A stretch of 62,163 nucleotides of DNA, from positions 1 through 62,163 of the forward strand of contig NW_021832138.1 in assembly GCF_006345805.1 (NCBI RefSeq), given 5' to 3'. Below, in pieces: positions 13,645 through 26,968 of the stretch. Within the stretch, counting starts at the first letter, position 1. Each line of letters begins with the position of its first letter. The position numbers and the translations under genes were made by a program. A model generated the notes under the pieces. That model was not told where the DNA came from. It ran no database searches and saw only the letters and a list, made by a program, of their open reading frames with translations. Source of the stretch: Octopus sinensis (lineage: Eukaryota).

Positions 13645-13645
13645 G
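13525..13645. repeat. (GATA)n microsatellite
   Basis: About 30 tandem GATA units. Confidence 0.95.
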
Positions 13646-14537
13646 AATCATAAGTAGAAAGGTAAACGCTTGTTCATAGAGATCTTAAATCCAAGAAAAG
13701 GCAGTGGGAAGAACCGAAAGGTGGTGGGGGTAGTGGAGAGAAAATGATAGTTGTTCTGGATTAGAGAATTAATAAATGTTGTTAAATGACCAATTATCTA
13801 TCGAATTTTCTCGTGACATTTCCAAATTAAAAGAATTATGTATTTCTGTATCCTCCATTTTTCAACAACTGCTTCACTTCCGTGTCCGATACAAACTCCC
13901 GCTAGATTAGAGAAAAGAGATTAAGGATTATTAGAAGAACAGAAATGACCATCTTTGTTCAATATTTAGTAAATCCTATGGATCTTTCACAAAGCATTAT
14001 CACATTTCAGTGGAATACATTTCCGTATTCGTTCGTATTTTTCAAGGTCTGTTTCATTTTTGATTATGATACAGACTCACAAGGGAATAATGACTGTGGT
14101 TTTAGAAAAAGGGATTATAGAAAAAGTAGAAATGATCATCCGTCCAACTCTATATTTAGTTAATCCTTTGTTTACTGCAAAACAAATTTGATATAGTGAT
14201 GAGCAATGAAATCTGTCATTAGCAAGAAACACATGACCGCCAACAAATAGTTAAATAATTAGCTAAAAGACTATAACAAAAAAAAATGGATACTTTACAG
14301 AAGATAGGATAAGAGAGCGTGTATAGGATTAAAGCCTTACGTTTTTTAGTCTTGACCTAAATAGTATTTTCTATTTCGATTTTGTTACCTTATTTTGGTT
14401 TCCTTTATCCAATCATTAGTTTCTGGAAGGTAAATTAAAGGAAAATTTTCTTTTAAAATTATAATGAAATCCTTGTACATAAACACATTCATACGTGTGT
14501 GTATGTGTGTGTGCACGTGCATGTGTGTGCGTGTATT

Positions 14538-14718
14538 GTAATAACGAAAATGACTTGTGGATGGAAATATTAAAATTTTATTAATGCATTGCAACATACG
14601 TTTCTGCATCCCACTTGTTCATTTGTGAGGCCAAATGAACACGTGGGATGCAAAGCGTATGTCGCAATACGTCAATAAAATCTAAAAATTTCCATTCAAA
14701 AGTAATTTTCGTCATTAC
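14538..14718. mobile_element. 181-bp fold-back palindrome (MITE-like)
   Basis: Arms 14538-14625 and 14632-14718 are reverse complements (roughly 85% by eye) around the 6-nt loop tgaggc. Confidence 0.8.
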
Positions 14719-15149
14719 TATATTTATCCTAAACGGTAAGGAATTTCATATTTATAACTATCCCATACGATTAACTGAAAGATGAAAATAACTGGTGGTA
14801 GCCAACAAGAAGCATAGGAGCTTTTCGGGCGCATTCTAAGACATTTGCCCAAAACAAATTAAAAAGATACATATACATACATGCATATTATATATATATA
14901 TATATATATATATAGTATTATATATATATATATAACTACAAAATTAGAAAATTAGAAAATACTTAAATCAATCAAACATCAACCACAGATGATACCCAAT
15001 CAATACTTTATTACCCATCTCATTAACATAACGTAAAGGTATTATACAAATATATTGTAATATAATTAGACAAGGAATATAAATATAAAATATAAAATAT
15101 AATATGTAATTATATTCATATCTGAACAGCTGTTTCGGCAGTTATATAT

Positions 15150-15201
<52 letters not shown>

Positions 15202-15369
15202 CACACATATTTATTTATTCGTTTTGCAAGATTGTTGATGTGAATTTGTTGAAACAGATATTGTTGTATTTGAGGATAGTCAGGTTGCCAGTTTAGCCAA
15301 TGAAAACACACGCACTATATATTTGGTGTTCACTTCCTTCAGCTTTATTTTATATTAATTGTATTTCGT

Positions 15370-15409
15370 CCAGACTTCTTTCGTCACACTTCTGTAACCT
15401 CATCAGTGG
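15370..15409 (-). ncRNA. Minimal type I hammerhead ribozyme motif in a Penelope pLTR
   Basis: Minus strand CCA-CUGAUGA-G-GUUAC(AGAAGU)GUGAC-GAAA-GAA-GUC-UGG: core, stem II and 3-bp stem I are present; stem III is vestigial. Confidence 0.6.
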
Positions 15410-16161
15410 TCCTTTGCTTTCTTCTTTATTTTTTATGTCGCTCTCCTTACTAACGATCTGCCATTTTGTATTTCCGTTGATTGTGTCTTTATTTGCGCAT
15501 GCCTATATCCCTGTGTGTGTGTCCATGTTTAGTGTGTGTGTGGGAATGTGTATGGTGCCTGCATTATCAGTATCCCTCGTTTTTACACGTTCGTTTAATT
15601 TACTATTATTTATTTTATTCATTTGTTTATACCTACGTACTTTTTTCTTCCTTCCTTTTTTTGTATTAATTTAATCTATTTTGTTTATGCATATAGTTAT
15701 TTAATTCCATTTATTTATCTGTGTATTGAGTTATGTTATTTAAAAAAGTTTTTTGTATTATTATCATATTATTATGAGTTTATGGGGATCTTATTCTGTC
15801 ATAGGTTGTGGTGTGTGGCGGGTGTGTGCTAGTGTTCCATTCTAGTTTACTATTCAGGCTAGGTTTATCTTCTATTATGTGCGTAGCTTCCGTAATTTGT
15901 CTATGCGTTGTGTCTGTTCTATGTGTAGACAAGATTTTAACTTTAATGTTGTTGAATGATCCCCGTGTTTCCGCTCGGCGTGCTGGTATAGAACCGATGA
16001 GCTCTTGTCTTCCTTAAGTTCTTCCAATGCTCATTTACCCGCTCTCCTATGCTCCGTGTTGTCTCTCCTAAGTACGCCGTTGTCTTGTTACTGCACCGTC
16101 CCTCTGTACATTTTATACTACTAAGAAGGGATGCACATAAAATAAAGAAGAAAGCAAAGGA

Positions 16162-16201
16162 CCACTAATGAGCTCACAGACGTTTGACGAAAGAACTCTA
16201 G
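16162..16201 (+). ncRNA. Inverted second copy of the hammerhead motif, with a core mutation
   Basis: cca-ctaatga-g...gac-gaaa-gaa-ctc-tag; G5 is changed to A. Confidence 0.45.
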
Positions 16202-16662
16202 CCGAAATACAATTAATATAAAATAAAGCTGAAGGAAGTAAACACCACTCGACAACCGGTGTTGCTTTGTTTACATCAAACAAATGTAGCAGGTCGGCAA
16301 TGAGAGACCGACATAATAAAAGCCAGATTTAAACTATGCACCAGGATCTTCAAGGCTGTGCCCCAGTATGGCGACAGGTTATTTAAGAGAAACAAGAGAA
16401 AGAATGAAATAACAGACACACCAACGCACGTATATTAATTTCTTAAATTCCGCACTGAGACAGTTTGTTTACGGATAACTTGAAAATAAATTATATACAT
16501 AGATTTAATAAATATCGTGTTACTGTGGGCGTAAATTCTATGACTGAATTCTAGAGCGCTACCTGCCTACGAAAAGAGAGACATACTCGCCTAGTTTCGC
16601 TTATTTTAATCGGTTAGTTAGTAGTGTTCATTTCGTCTGTTCTAGGGTGAAAGAGAGAACGG

Positions 16663-16697
<35 letters not shown>

Positions 16698-17213
16698 GGT
16701 GAGTATGTGTGAGAGAGAAAGGGAGAGAAAGGTGAAGGAGTGTGTGAGTACGTGGAGACACGAAGGCAGAAGCATACAATTATTTTATGAATAATGCTAT
16801 GACCAACCGGCGCTACTTTTATTTACCAGCACATTCGTTAACATCCACCGACAAAATTATGGGGTTTTTAAAAAAAAATTATATTTCCCTCCTGTCACTT
16901 ACACCTGTATTACATCATCCCCTCCCTAATACCGTTGCATTGATTATATATTCTTATAATGTCGCTTCCATTCTTATAACGCCTCCCACCCCCATAAAAT
17001 CTTATACTTATTTAACTTATACAAAAGTTCTATTGGTTTCAATTCAAGCAAATGCTTTTCATATTTAGAAGTGTCTAATATAAAATATATTATATAAATT
17101 AGTATAATAATAATAAAATAATAATAATAATAATAATAATGATAATAATAATAATAATGATAATAATAATAATGATAATAATAATATATGATAATATATA
17201 ATAATAATATAAT

Positions 17214-17244
<31 letters not shown>

Positions 17245-17271
17245 AATAATATAATAATAATAATAATAATA

Positions 17272-17398
17272 ATAATCCTACGCAGAACACTTTCCATACA
17301 ATAACCATCAGAGCATCACAACAAATCACAGCACATACCTAAGGCACACAGAGCTGCGCTCGGTAGTGAAGTGAAAGCACGCTATAAAAATAAAACTA

Positions 17399-17403
<5 letters not shown>
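17272..17403 (+). mobile_element. Extreme 3' end of an R4/Dong-like LINE embedded in (TAA)n
   Basis: Reads IILRRTLSIQ*, like the GTARILRKVL terminus of the Dong remnant at 35170. A short 3' UTR follows, and both flanks are TAA arrays. Confidence 0.55.
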
Positions 17404-17451
<48 letters not shown>

Positions 17452-17452
<1 letters not shown>

Positions 17453-17887
17453 GATATGGCTTTTGATCTTAACAGATTGGAAGTGTTATCATGTGCATTG
17501 TTTTGTCTTGGTATAAAAGATGGGCTACAGCAAATATTCTGCTCAATACCACAGATTTGCTTCTCAGTTTCTTGACCTTAACCAGTTGAGCATGTCCCTT
17601 AGTGGCTGACGATATGTCCATCTCTGACCACGAGCAGAAGTAGTGGGGGAGCATCATAGCCATGTGCTGAGAGGAATTCTTTGGGGTTTGGATAATGCAC
17701 CTTTGGAAACATGGGTGTTTTCTTCAACATCCTTATTCAGGGTTACGAGATCCCTATATCGCGCACATATGGTTGTGATGCGTGCGCCTTATGTACTCTT
17801 ATCAGACGTGTAGTCATGATGGGTACATTGGGCTTCGTTTATTTTTACCTCAGTGTCACTTTGATGGCATGAACTGCTCTCTCACTC

Positions 17888-17893
<6 letters not shown>
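17452..17893 (+). mobile_element. Unclassified retroposon 3' region flanked by (TAA)n
   Basis: Non-simple sequence between TAA arrays, ending ctgctctctcactcaataataat. No clear coding motif recognised. Confidence 0.35.
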
Positions 17894-17926
<33 letters not shown>

Positions 17927-18499
17927 CTAATTTAAGTTTTACAGTTTGAAAAGATGAACGTCCTTATTTTTTTAAATTTCATTTTACTCTCGTCACATTA
18001 AAATATTTTTTATATGATATTGACACGTTTCTTATGCACACTTCTACACACCTTCAGTATACACTCTTTCTATAAACTTTTTCATAAATTCTTTCTCTAA
18101 AATCTTTTATGCATTTACGTACATACATACTTATAGTACACACATACACATGTATATATATATATATATATGCACACACACGCGCGCAAACATACACACG
18201 CATGCACGCACATACATGCATGTATGTATATACATTTAAATCTCCTGTATACACTTTCTAACCATACATTTTAAAGACTAAATACTCTGTCTATACACGT
18301 ATCATATGTACGTTTTTACTAATAGATCATTTTTTCACGCTCTTTCTATATATGGTTGATATGCATGTTTTCTGCACACCTTATATTACTTTATGCCTTC
18401 TTTTTATGTAATTAATTAGTTAATTAATTAATTTAATTAATTAACAGGTGGGACACGAACAAAAATAAATGTAAATGAAACAAAAAGCAACAACAAAAT

Positions 18500-18960
18500 C
18501 AGAACAAATCGGAAAAACACCTGCGACTGCCGTTTCAATACCCGTCTATATCCCTATATACACCCTGCTGTTTTGGGTATTATACTAAATCACGGTTCTC
18601 CCTTTTTCAGGCTTGTCGTGAACAGTAATTAGTCTTCCAATTAAACACATCTATCCTTCCCGTTCTTAACAACCGACTTGGTTTCCTCTAAAACAGCGCC
18701 ACACATACGATACACACAAAATTTCACCATTTCTTTTCCATTCACACAGGCTGCACACGCTTACATACACACACTCGCACTTAAACAACCCAAATTCTCT
18801 TACCATAATCCCACACAGTATAAATCGCTTTCACCACAGTCATACTTCATATATAGCTCCCTTGATTTTCTTTATAACGCATTTTCCTATTACACACACA
18901 CAGTCACACACATTGAGGTCTTGCAAACACCTCACCCACACAAAAAACTTGTCCACATAA
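18500..18960 (+). mobile_element. Penelope-like element C-terminus plus 3' UTR
   Basis: IRTNRKN..RFNT....AVLGIILNHGSPFFRL(fs)REQ*LVFQLNTSILPVLNNRLGFL* resembles the PLE endonuclease tail consensus HFN..GH...VLG....RK.REQ.LIF.L.T..P.GLN. Confidence 0.55.
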
Positions 18961-18967
18961 AAGTATA

Positions 18968-19600
18968 GGTTACCTTTATGCCGACTCACAAGAGCCACTT
19001 TCCCAGGACGGCGGTACGTCGCAGGATTACTGAGTTTTGCCTGGTGAGTGGACTGGAACAATGTAAAATGAAGTTAGTTAGTTAGTTAGTTAGTTAATTT
19101 GGCTCAAAAGCAAATAGCAAGGCCATGTAGGGGGACATGGAGTTAAGTACAGGGTGGTGTTCATGTAAAGAGTTCAGGCCACTTGAGGTCCAGGGAGGCT
19201 TTGAACAAAGCGGTCGTCGGCATCTTCACCATCTCGTCTGGCAGCTTGTTCCACGGATCCGCAACCCGGACGGAGAAAGCTCCTCTCCTTCGATTGAGAT
19301 GAAATCGTCGCAGGTAGAGCTTTTCGGAATGACCCCGCAGCCGACGCTCCGGAGCAGGAGTGAAGAACAGCTCTTTCGAGAGGTTACACTTCCCGCTTAT
19401 GATGTTGTGGGCGAGAATGAGATCACCACGGCGGCGGCGTTTTTCAAGAGAACAAAGGTCGAGCGTCCTCAGCCTTTCTTCGTAGGACAAATTTTTGAAG
19501 TGTTTTGCTCAAGAACACAATGTGTCGCCCAGTCCAGGAATTGAAACCACAATCTTACGATCATGAGTCCAACGCTCTAACCACTAAACCACGCGCCTCC
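18968..19600 (-). mobile_element. tRNA-headed SINE (family C-related) split by a CR1 insertion
   Basis: Head ggaggcgcgtggtttagtggttagagcgttggactc...tttcaattcc on the minus strand. The body resumes across 19075-19495. Confidence 0.8.
19075..19495 (-). mobile_element. 5'-truncated CR1-clade LINE (ORF2 C-terminus, 3' UTR, (TAAC)n tail)
   Basis: Uninterrupted LSYEERLRTLDLCSLEKRRRRGDLI...RGHSEKL...FSVRVADPWNKLP...FKASLD (19161-19490). Tandem taac tail. TSD tgaagt at 19069-19074 and 19496-19501. Confidence 0.93.
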
Positions 19601-19629
19601 ACCTTCGTCCATATGCACGATATAGCGAT

Positions 19630-19960
19630 ATAATAATATGAAGAAGTTTTGTTAACACACGCATATACACACATAGATACAAATATGCTTCACACATACT
19701 TTCCTCACATCACTTTCATTACATCATCCTTTCCCACACCCTATTACTTACCTTTACTTCCCTTGCTTCTCACTCCTTTAAAACAACTTGTTTATTCCAA
19801 TTCTTCCTGTTCACCACTAATGCATGGCACACCAGTACTGATCAAAAATAATTTCCTTTCCGTTCTATTCTCTCCCTAACTTCTGTTACTGTTTTGACGA
19901 AAGACTGCTCTCTGAAACGTCAACTTATATTTCTGTTCTGTCATACCGTTTAACACATAC
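19630..19960 (+). mobile_element. Probable Penelope 3' UTR with a degenerate hammerhead at 19891-19924
   Basis: Pyrimidine-rich tract followed by GUU-UUGACGA-A-AGA(CUGCUC)UCU-GAAAC-GUC-AAC; C3 is changed to U. Confidence 0.5.
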
Positions 19961-20545
19961 CAATTTTGTACGTTATCCATTTTTATGGAGGCGAGGGTGT
20001 GGGCTGCTCATCTTCTCTCTCTTAAATAATTTATTGGCTGAGAGTGATATTATTTTACATCACTGACTCAGACTTTATACTAACTACTCTTGGGCGCCTA
20101 TACGTAATGTCTATACAGGTTGTCTATGCGAAATGTTTCTATTCATAGGTTCTTTACGCACTTACCTTACTTTCTTTTCTCTACATTGCGCAACCAATAT
20201 TATAAAATACACTGCACAAAGCTGCATTGCTCAATACTTTATCACCTAAACATATATTATACCATACTGCATCATACTAAACCACACCACATTACAAAAT
20301 ATTACATCACATCCACTAACTACCCTGCACCATACAACATGCCACTGTGCATACTTTATCACACTGCATCACTCCACACTTTACCACACCACTCTACAGC
20401 AGAATACATTATATAACAAAACACCAAACCACACTCTATACTGATACATTATTTATGTATGTGTGCATGCATATGTATGTGTGTTTGTCTTCTCTTTCTC
20501 TCTCTCTCTTCCACTTTATATATGCATATACATATATATGCATAT

Positions 20546-20580
<35 letters not shown>

Positions 20581-21024
20581 TAGATAAATGTATGTATATG
20601 TATATATATTCCTATATACAGACACAAGGAGGAAACTAAATAACGCAGAAGGCACGTGAGCTTGCGAGATTGCAATGATGTCGCAGTTTCGTTCGATTTT
20701 TTGTTTCCTAATGGACAAATTCTCATAGCTTGCTGTTCCATGGTGAATAAAGCATATATAAGCTAATACTAAACAGGAAGTAAGGGATGTAGAATTATAT
20801 ATATGTGTATGTGTGTGTGTGTGTATGTATGTGTGTATGTATATATATATGTATGTGAGTGTATGTATATACATATATGCATATGTATATATTTATATGC
20901 ATGAATATATATGTGAGTATATGTGCGCGTATACGTTTGTATATATATATACATATAAATATATGGTTGTAAATGTTTATGGCGGTATATATATATATAT
21001 ATTTAAATATATATGTATATATGC

Positions 21025-21060
<36 letters not shown>

Positions 21061-21262
21061 GTATATATATATGCATGTATATATATATATATATATACGT
21101 TATAAGCATTTACAAGCATATATTTGTATGGATACATATAAGAATACAAATGTATACGCGCACATATAAACATATATATTCATGCGTATAAATTTATACA
21201 CATACGTATATACCCACACGCACACGCACGCACTCACGCACACACACACATACATACATACA

Positions 21263-21320
<58 letters not shown>

Positions 21321-21332
21321 TATATATATATA

Positions 21333-21371
<39 letters not shown>

Positions 21372-21964
21372 TGTATAAATAACATAGAAGGAGAGAACGG
21401 GAGAGAATAGAAAGTGGAACAATAACATGTTTCACCAGCAAATTTTCACGAAATTAAAAAAAAATTCTTGGCCATAATAGAATTATAATAAACTGCATTA
21501 AATGAAGATAAAATACGTATCTTTAAAAAAATCCGTTACGAAAACAGAATTTATTAAAATAGTTCTGTACAGTGTTTGTTAAACGTTATATTTCCTCTTA
21601 CCGCCATTCCACCTTGCAACTAAAAAAAACGCATCACCTCATTTTGTATTCCATCCGGCTCTCGTTTTCCTCTCGCTTTCTCACGCTTACACAGGAATAA
21701 TACACACTTTTGCTAGTTTGTGTTTGTAAATGTGTGTGCGTGTGTGCGCGCGTGTCAGTATGCGCATACATAATACATACATACATGTATACTTACATTC
21801 ATACATACGACACACATATATATTGTTATGTGCACTTGTGTGTCTTATATATACGTATGTATATACTTGTGTATATATGTGTGTGTACACGTACATATTT
21901 GTGTATATATGTGTGTATATAGTATATATATATATGCATATATATATTATTTATATTATATATA

Positions 21965-21995
<31 letters not shown>

Positions 21996-22061
21996 GTATA
22001 CGTATGTATGTATATATATATGTGGTGTTTTAGTTTTTCTTGGATCTTTTATTTCCATAAT

Positions 22062-22100
<39 letters not shown>

Positions 22101-22239
22101 TCATCTTATTCACTGATACAGTCAGGTTCTCTCTTTCTTCCTTCTGTTCTCTGTCTTTCTTTATCTGTCTGTCTCTGGCTCTCCCTCTCTATCTGTCCCT
22201 CCTTCCGTCTTCCTGCTAGTTTATTTACTTTGTTAATAT

Positions 22240-22562
22240 TTTCTAAAACATTCGGATAGATTGTAGAATATTTCAAACCCAGAGACCTAAACAAACAACA
22301 ATAAAAGCCAAACAAGAACCAGAAGCTCTCGTTTATTTGTCCTGTGTAATTGGAATATTTTTTTAAAGAATACATTTGGAACATTCAAACAATAAATGTT
22401 AGGCGTTGGCAGCTTAAAGAATTGAAAGAAACAAAGCCAATACGAAACAAGAAAATACTAAGAAGAGTATTAAGAATGTTGTTGTGGTCGTCGTTGTTGT
22501 TATTCTTTTGCTTGTTTCAGTCATTTGACTGCGGCCACAATAATAATAATAATAATAATAAC

Positions 22563-22603
<41 letters not shown>

Positions 22604-22620
22604 TAATAATAATAATAATA

Positions 22621-22713
<93 letters not shown>

Positions 22714-23067
22714 TAATAATAATGATAACAAGAACAACAAAAAAAAATAATAATAATAAAAATAACGATACTACTAATAATAATTTACCGCGGGGTCCCA
22801 TATATACATATACAAATGAACGTTAAAAGCATGCAGATTACAAAATATTTGTGAATAGATGAAGTTATATAAAAAAGCGTTAATGACTAAAAGCATTAAA
22901 AATTATTTACAAAATAGATTATAAATGAGAATTATCTACACAACACAATATTTGGCCCAAAATCTCATTTGAATTAGAAAAAGAAATGGGGGTGGGGGAG
23001 AGAAATGGGTGGGAAGAAATGGGAGGTGGCTGAAATATTCTACAAATCTATCCGAATGTTTTAGAAA
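22240..23067. repeat. Pair of 36/37-bp inverted repeats about 755 bp apart
   Basis: tttctaaaacattcggatagattgtagaatatttca (22240-22275) versus tgaaatattctacaaatctatccgaatgttttagaaa (23031-23067); one indel. Confidence 0.85.
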
Positions 23068-23278
23068 TGAGGGGGCAAAGACTAGGTGTAAGTGATGTTA
23101 CGAGCGAGAACCCCAGCCCACTGGGTAATTGTTGAATAACTGCAACCCAAGAGTACTCGTGAGTGTTTCTAGTGTCGGGCTGGACATAATATCTCTCACA
23201 ACCAGTCTTAAAGCAAAATTGGTCAATGGTAGTTCATAAACTGATCATATCTGGTAGTACTAGTTGTCTATCATCCAA

Positions 23279-23490
23279 GGAGGCAATTGTCTAATGGTTA
23301 GGGTGTTGCAATTACGACCGCGAGATTGTGGATTCAATTCCCAGACCGATCACCGCATTATGCTATTGAGCAAAGCACTTCTCATGTTGCTCTGCAATCC
23401 CTTCGACATCTGACGTGTGCACCTGTACAGGTAATGTCTATTTGTTGAAGGGAGGGAGCTAATGCACAACACAAGCGTTTGATCACTCTC
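23279..23490 (+). mobile_element. Degenerate tRNA-headed SINE
   Basis: ggaggcaattgtctaatggttaggg (box A-like)...gattcaattccc (box B-like)...ttgagcaaagcactt. Confidence 0.65.
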
Positions 23491-24182
23491 GTTATTTCTA
23501 CCTGCTTTCCTCTTGTCTTCCCATTTCCTCAGTTGCCGCTGCTATGTATGATTGGTCATACATAGCAGCGCCATGTATGGGAAGCTTGAGCTTCTGGTCG
23601 GTTCTTGGAGCTGAAGTCAAGACGATCTCAGTCGATGCTTCCGTGGCCACACCCAACCTCCCAGGAACATCAAACAATTGGCTGCTTCTTTTGTTTCATC
23701 ATTTATATTGTCCTTTTAATTTTTTTCAGCTAGTCTGGGGAGAAAACCCTGAGATGATTTTCACTTCCACATGTGTGACATCTTGAACTTCTACCTTGAA
23801 TGACAATTTATAAAGCCTATTTATAGGAAACAACTACAGAATAATTTTGGGATCATGATGAGTTGAATAAAGAGCCTACCCAACCACACTCGTCAAAGGT
23901 CACATGTCGACAATAATCAACTTCCCTTCTTTTTATCATGTGTCAGGAGTTCCTTCATCCTAAATATACTGAGATTACTTGATGAACAGGTTTGGGATGT
24001 ATATGCTGATCATGTTTCTTCACCCCGTCTACAGTTATAAAACAACATAGTGTTCTCACGTGTCCTATGTAGGAGATCTCCATATTGGATCTAATACAAC
24101 TAATGTAGGATAACATTTTTTCCAAAAAAAAAATTATCAATGGCCAGCATATCAAAAAATACCTTTAAAGGTTAAATTTATA

Positions 24183-24368
24183 AATAACTGATAAAATAAG
24201 GGCAAAAGAAAAATTCTAATGCCAAATATGCCGAAAAAAGACAAATTGTCAATAACCATTCTAATTTATGCGTCTCGAAACAAGCCGATAGAAATTTCTA
24301 AAAAATTCCGTTATTACCGGCATATTTGGCATTAGAATTTTTCTTTTGTCCTTATTTTATAAGTTATT
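24183..24368. mobile_element. Small MITE with 51-bp TIRs
   Basis: 24183-24233 and 24317-24368 are reverse complements with 2 mismatches; 83-bp spacer. Confidence 0.8.
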
Positions 24369-24749
24369 AGATCTAATACGTAGATTCTACATATTAGAGA
24401 TGACTACCACTGATTGTTGCTTGAACGGCACAACGCAGGCCTCTGTGAATTTGACGATGCACTTGATACTTATCGCCTTCCTACTTTGCACCTGTGTAAA
24501 ACAGCGTCGGGGGAAAAAAGCAACTGTTTTTGTCACCTAACGCTGCCATGTATCTTTTACTCATCGTCAAAATTTTGTATGTTTAAAGTTTTCCTGTTTG
24601 AAATGAAATATGAAATAGACCAAAGTTTTATTCCAATACAACTTCTATCATTTTTTCTAGTTGGTAGAGTTTCTGTGTGTGAGTGTGTGTGCGTGTGCGA
24701 GTAGATATGAATGTGTGTATTGTGTATGTTGTGTGTTGTGTATGTGTCT

Positions 24750-25009
24750 AGTGTTCAGTCCCACTGCGTGACACCTTGGACAAGTGTCTTCTACTATAGC
24801 CTTGGGACGACCAAAGCCTTGTGAGTGGATTTGGTAGACGGAAACTGAAAGAAGCCCGTCGTATATATATATGTGTATGTGTGTGTGTGTGTCTGTCTGT
24901 CTGTGTCTGAGTTATATATGCATACATATATAAAAATGTGTTGTGTGATATATTATTATTTTTACACACACGCACACACACACAAACGGAAACTGAAAGA
25001 AGCCCGTCG

Positions 25010-25071
<62 letters not shown>

Positions 25072-25290
25072 TGTGTGTGTGTGTCTGTCTGTCTGTATCT
25101 GTGCTCCCAACATCACTTGACAACCGAAGCTGGTGTATTACGTCTCCGTAACTTAGCGATTCGGCAAAAGTGAACGATAGAATAAGTACTAGGCTTACAA
25201 TGAATAAGTCCTGGGGCGATTTTCTCGACTAAAGGCGGTGCTACAGCGTGGCCACCGTCAACTGACTGAAACAAATAAAAATAAAAGTAT
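24750..25290 (+). mobile_element. SINE family A with an internal duplication
   Basis: gttcagtcccactgcgtgacaccttggacaagtgtc...; the block acggaaactgaaagaagcccgtcgtat occurs twice (about 24838 and 24987); tail ends gactgaaacaaataaaa. Confidence 0.88.
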
Positions 25291-26642
25291 ATATATATAT
25301 ATATATATATATACATGAAGACCATGTAAATTTGAGTGAATTATTATTTCAACTGCTTTCTCTACATACGTACACAGAAAGACAGGTGGGCACATATGCA
25401 TGTATGTGTGTATGTGTGTGTATATATATATATATATACACATACATTTATGTATGCATAAAATGATTTGGGTAGGTGTGGTGGGTGTTTACCTGCGCGT
25501 TTAAAACGTAGAAGAAGTTACCTAAAAGTTGTTTGAACACGAACGTGATTGTAAATTAACAGAAATGTTTGTGTGAAAACCAGATAAATCTTATCGATTT
25601 TGGAAAATACTTTATTCATAAATATTCAATAATTATCGATATAAGCGGAGCTAGGATAGACTTGGTGGTGGAGGGGCTCATATTCCCCTCTCTCTTTCGC
25701 CATATATTTCTAAATATAATTATGAAGTTCTAAGTTTAATGACACTTTTCTCAGTTTATTTACAGAACTGGATTCTTTCAGGGTGGTTATGTTCTGCGAC
25801 TCTTTGCTATATTCTTTCTTTCTTGCTATCTTCTTTTTTTCTTCATTTTTCTTCTTTTCTGGTTTTCAATCCTCTTTTTCTTTCATTATTTTTTTTTCAC
25901 TTATTCATGTTTACTTTCTTTCACGTATTCATTTTTGTTTGTTTGTTTCTTTTGTTTACTCATTCTTTGTTTATCTGTTGTCTGTTTTCATTCTGCTTTT
26001 CTACATCGTTCATATTCTTTCGTTCAACCCTTCATTTATTTATTGACTCATTCATCTATCGATTCTCTCACTCACCCATTCTTTCGTTCTTTTCTTTTCT
26101 TTTGTTCTTTCATTCTGTGCGTCCTTCATTTTCTTTCTTTTTTTCCTCACATTTTGTATTTCTTCTTTCTTGAGTCATTTTCTGAAGAAGAAAACCGAAA
26201 ATAAATAAATGAATAAATAAAAAACGAGACCCTTGTCACAAAACTAAAAAAAAAAAAAAATTTAAATTCCCAACAAGAGACAATAAAAAAATATGAGAAA
26301 AATTTTCTCCAAATATGAATCTTTTTTCTTTTAAAGAAAAAATTCGAAACGAAACGAAGGGAGGCAAATGGACTAAACTAAATATGTAAATAAAAATTAA
26401 TGAGTAAAAAAAAAATTTGCATAGCGCCCCCGCCCTTATCCCTACTCCTACCAGATAAACCTCCAGAAACTTTAAGTAAATAAATATATAAATATATATA
26501 ATAAGAGAAAATGGATAAGAAATGTGCGAAAAACGAATTAAGGAAATATTTAAATTATCGAATATTTGGTTAGTTGAAGAACTCATGAATCGATGGTAAT
26601 ATATATATAAATAAATAAATAAATATATATATATATAATATA

Positions 26643-26688
<46 letters not shown>

Positions 26689-26894
26689 AATATATATATA
26701 TATATGTATATATGTATAACTATGCATGTATAAGCACATATATATCAATGTATATTGAATTGAATATATTATGTTTGTGCGTATATTGCCATTTTCCATT
26801 TTTACCGCCAATCATCAATATATAATATATACATACACACACACACATATATATATACACACCTACATGCATACATACACGCATGCCATGCATG

Positions 26895-26968
<74 letters not shown>

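Larger units (their letters stand above)
15280..16247 (-). mobile_element. 5'-truncated Penelope-like element with inverted pseudo-LTRs
   Basis: GIY-YIG tail CTEGRCSNKTTAYLGETTRSIGERVNEH..(fs)EDKSSSVLYQHAERKHG on the minus strand at about 16115-15960. Region 15324-15445 is repeated in inverted orientation at 16122-16247. Confidence 0.8.

Noticed and set aside
26415-26435. Octamer ATTTGCAT next to a GC box, resembling an snRNA enhancer
   Set aside because: No snRNA coding sequence or PSE is recognisable nearby.
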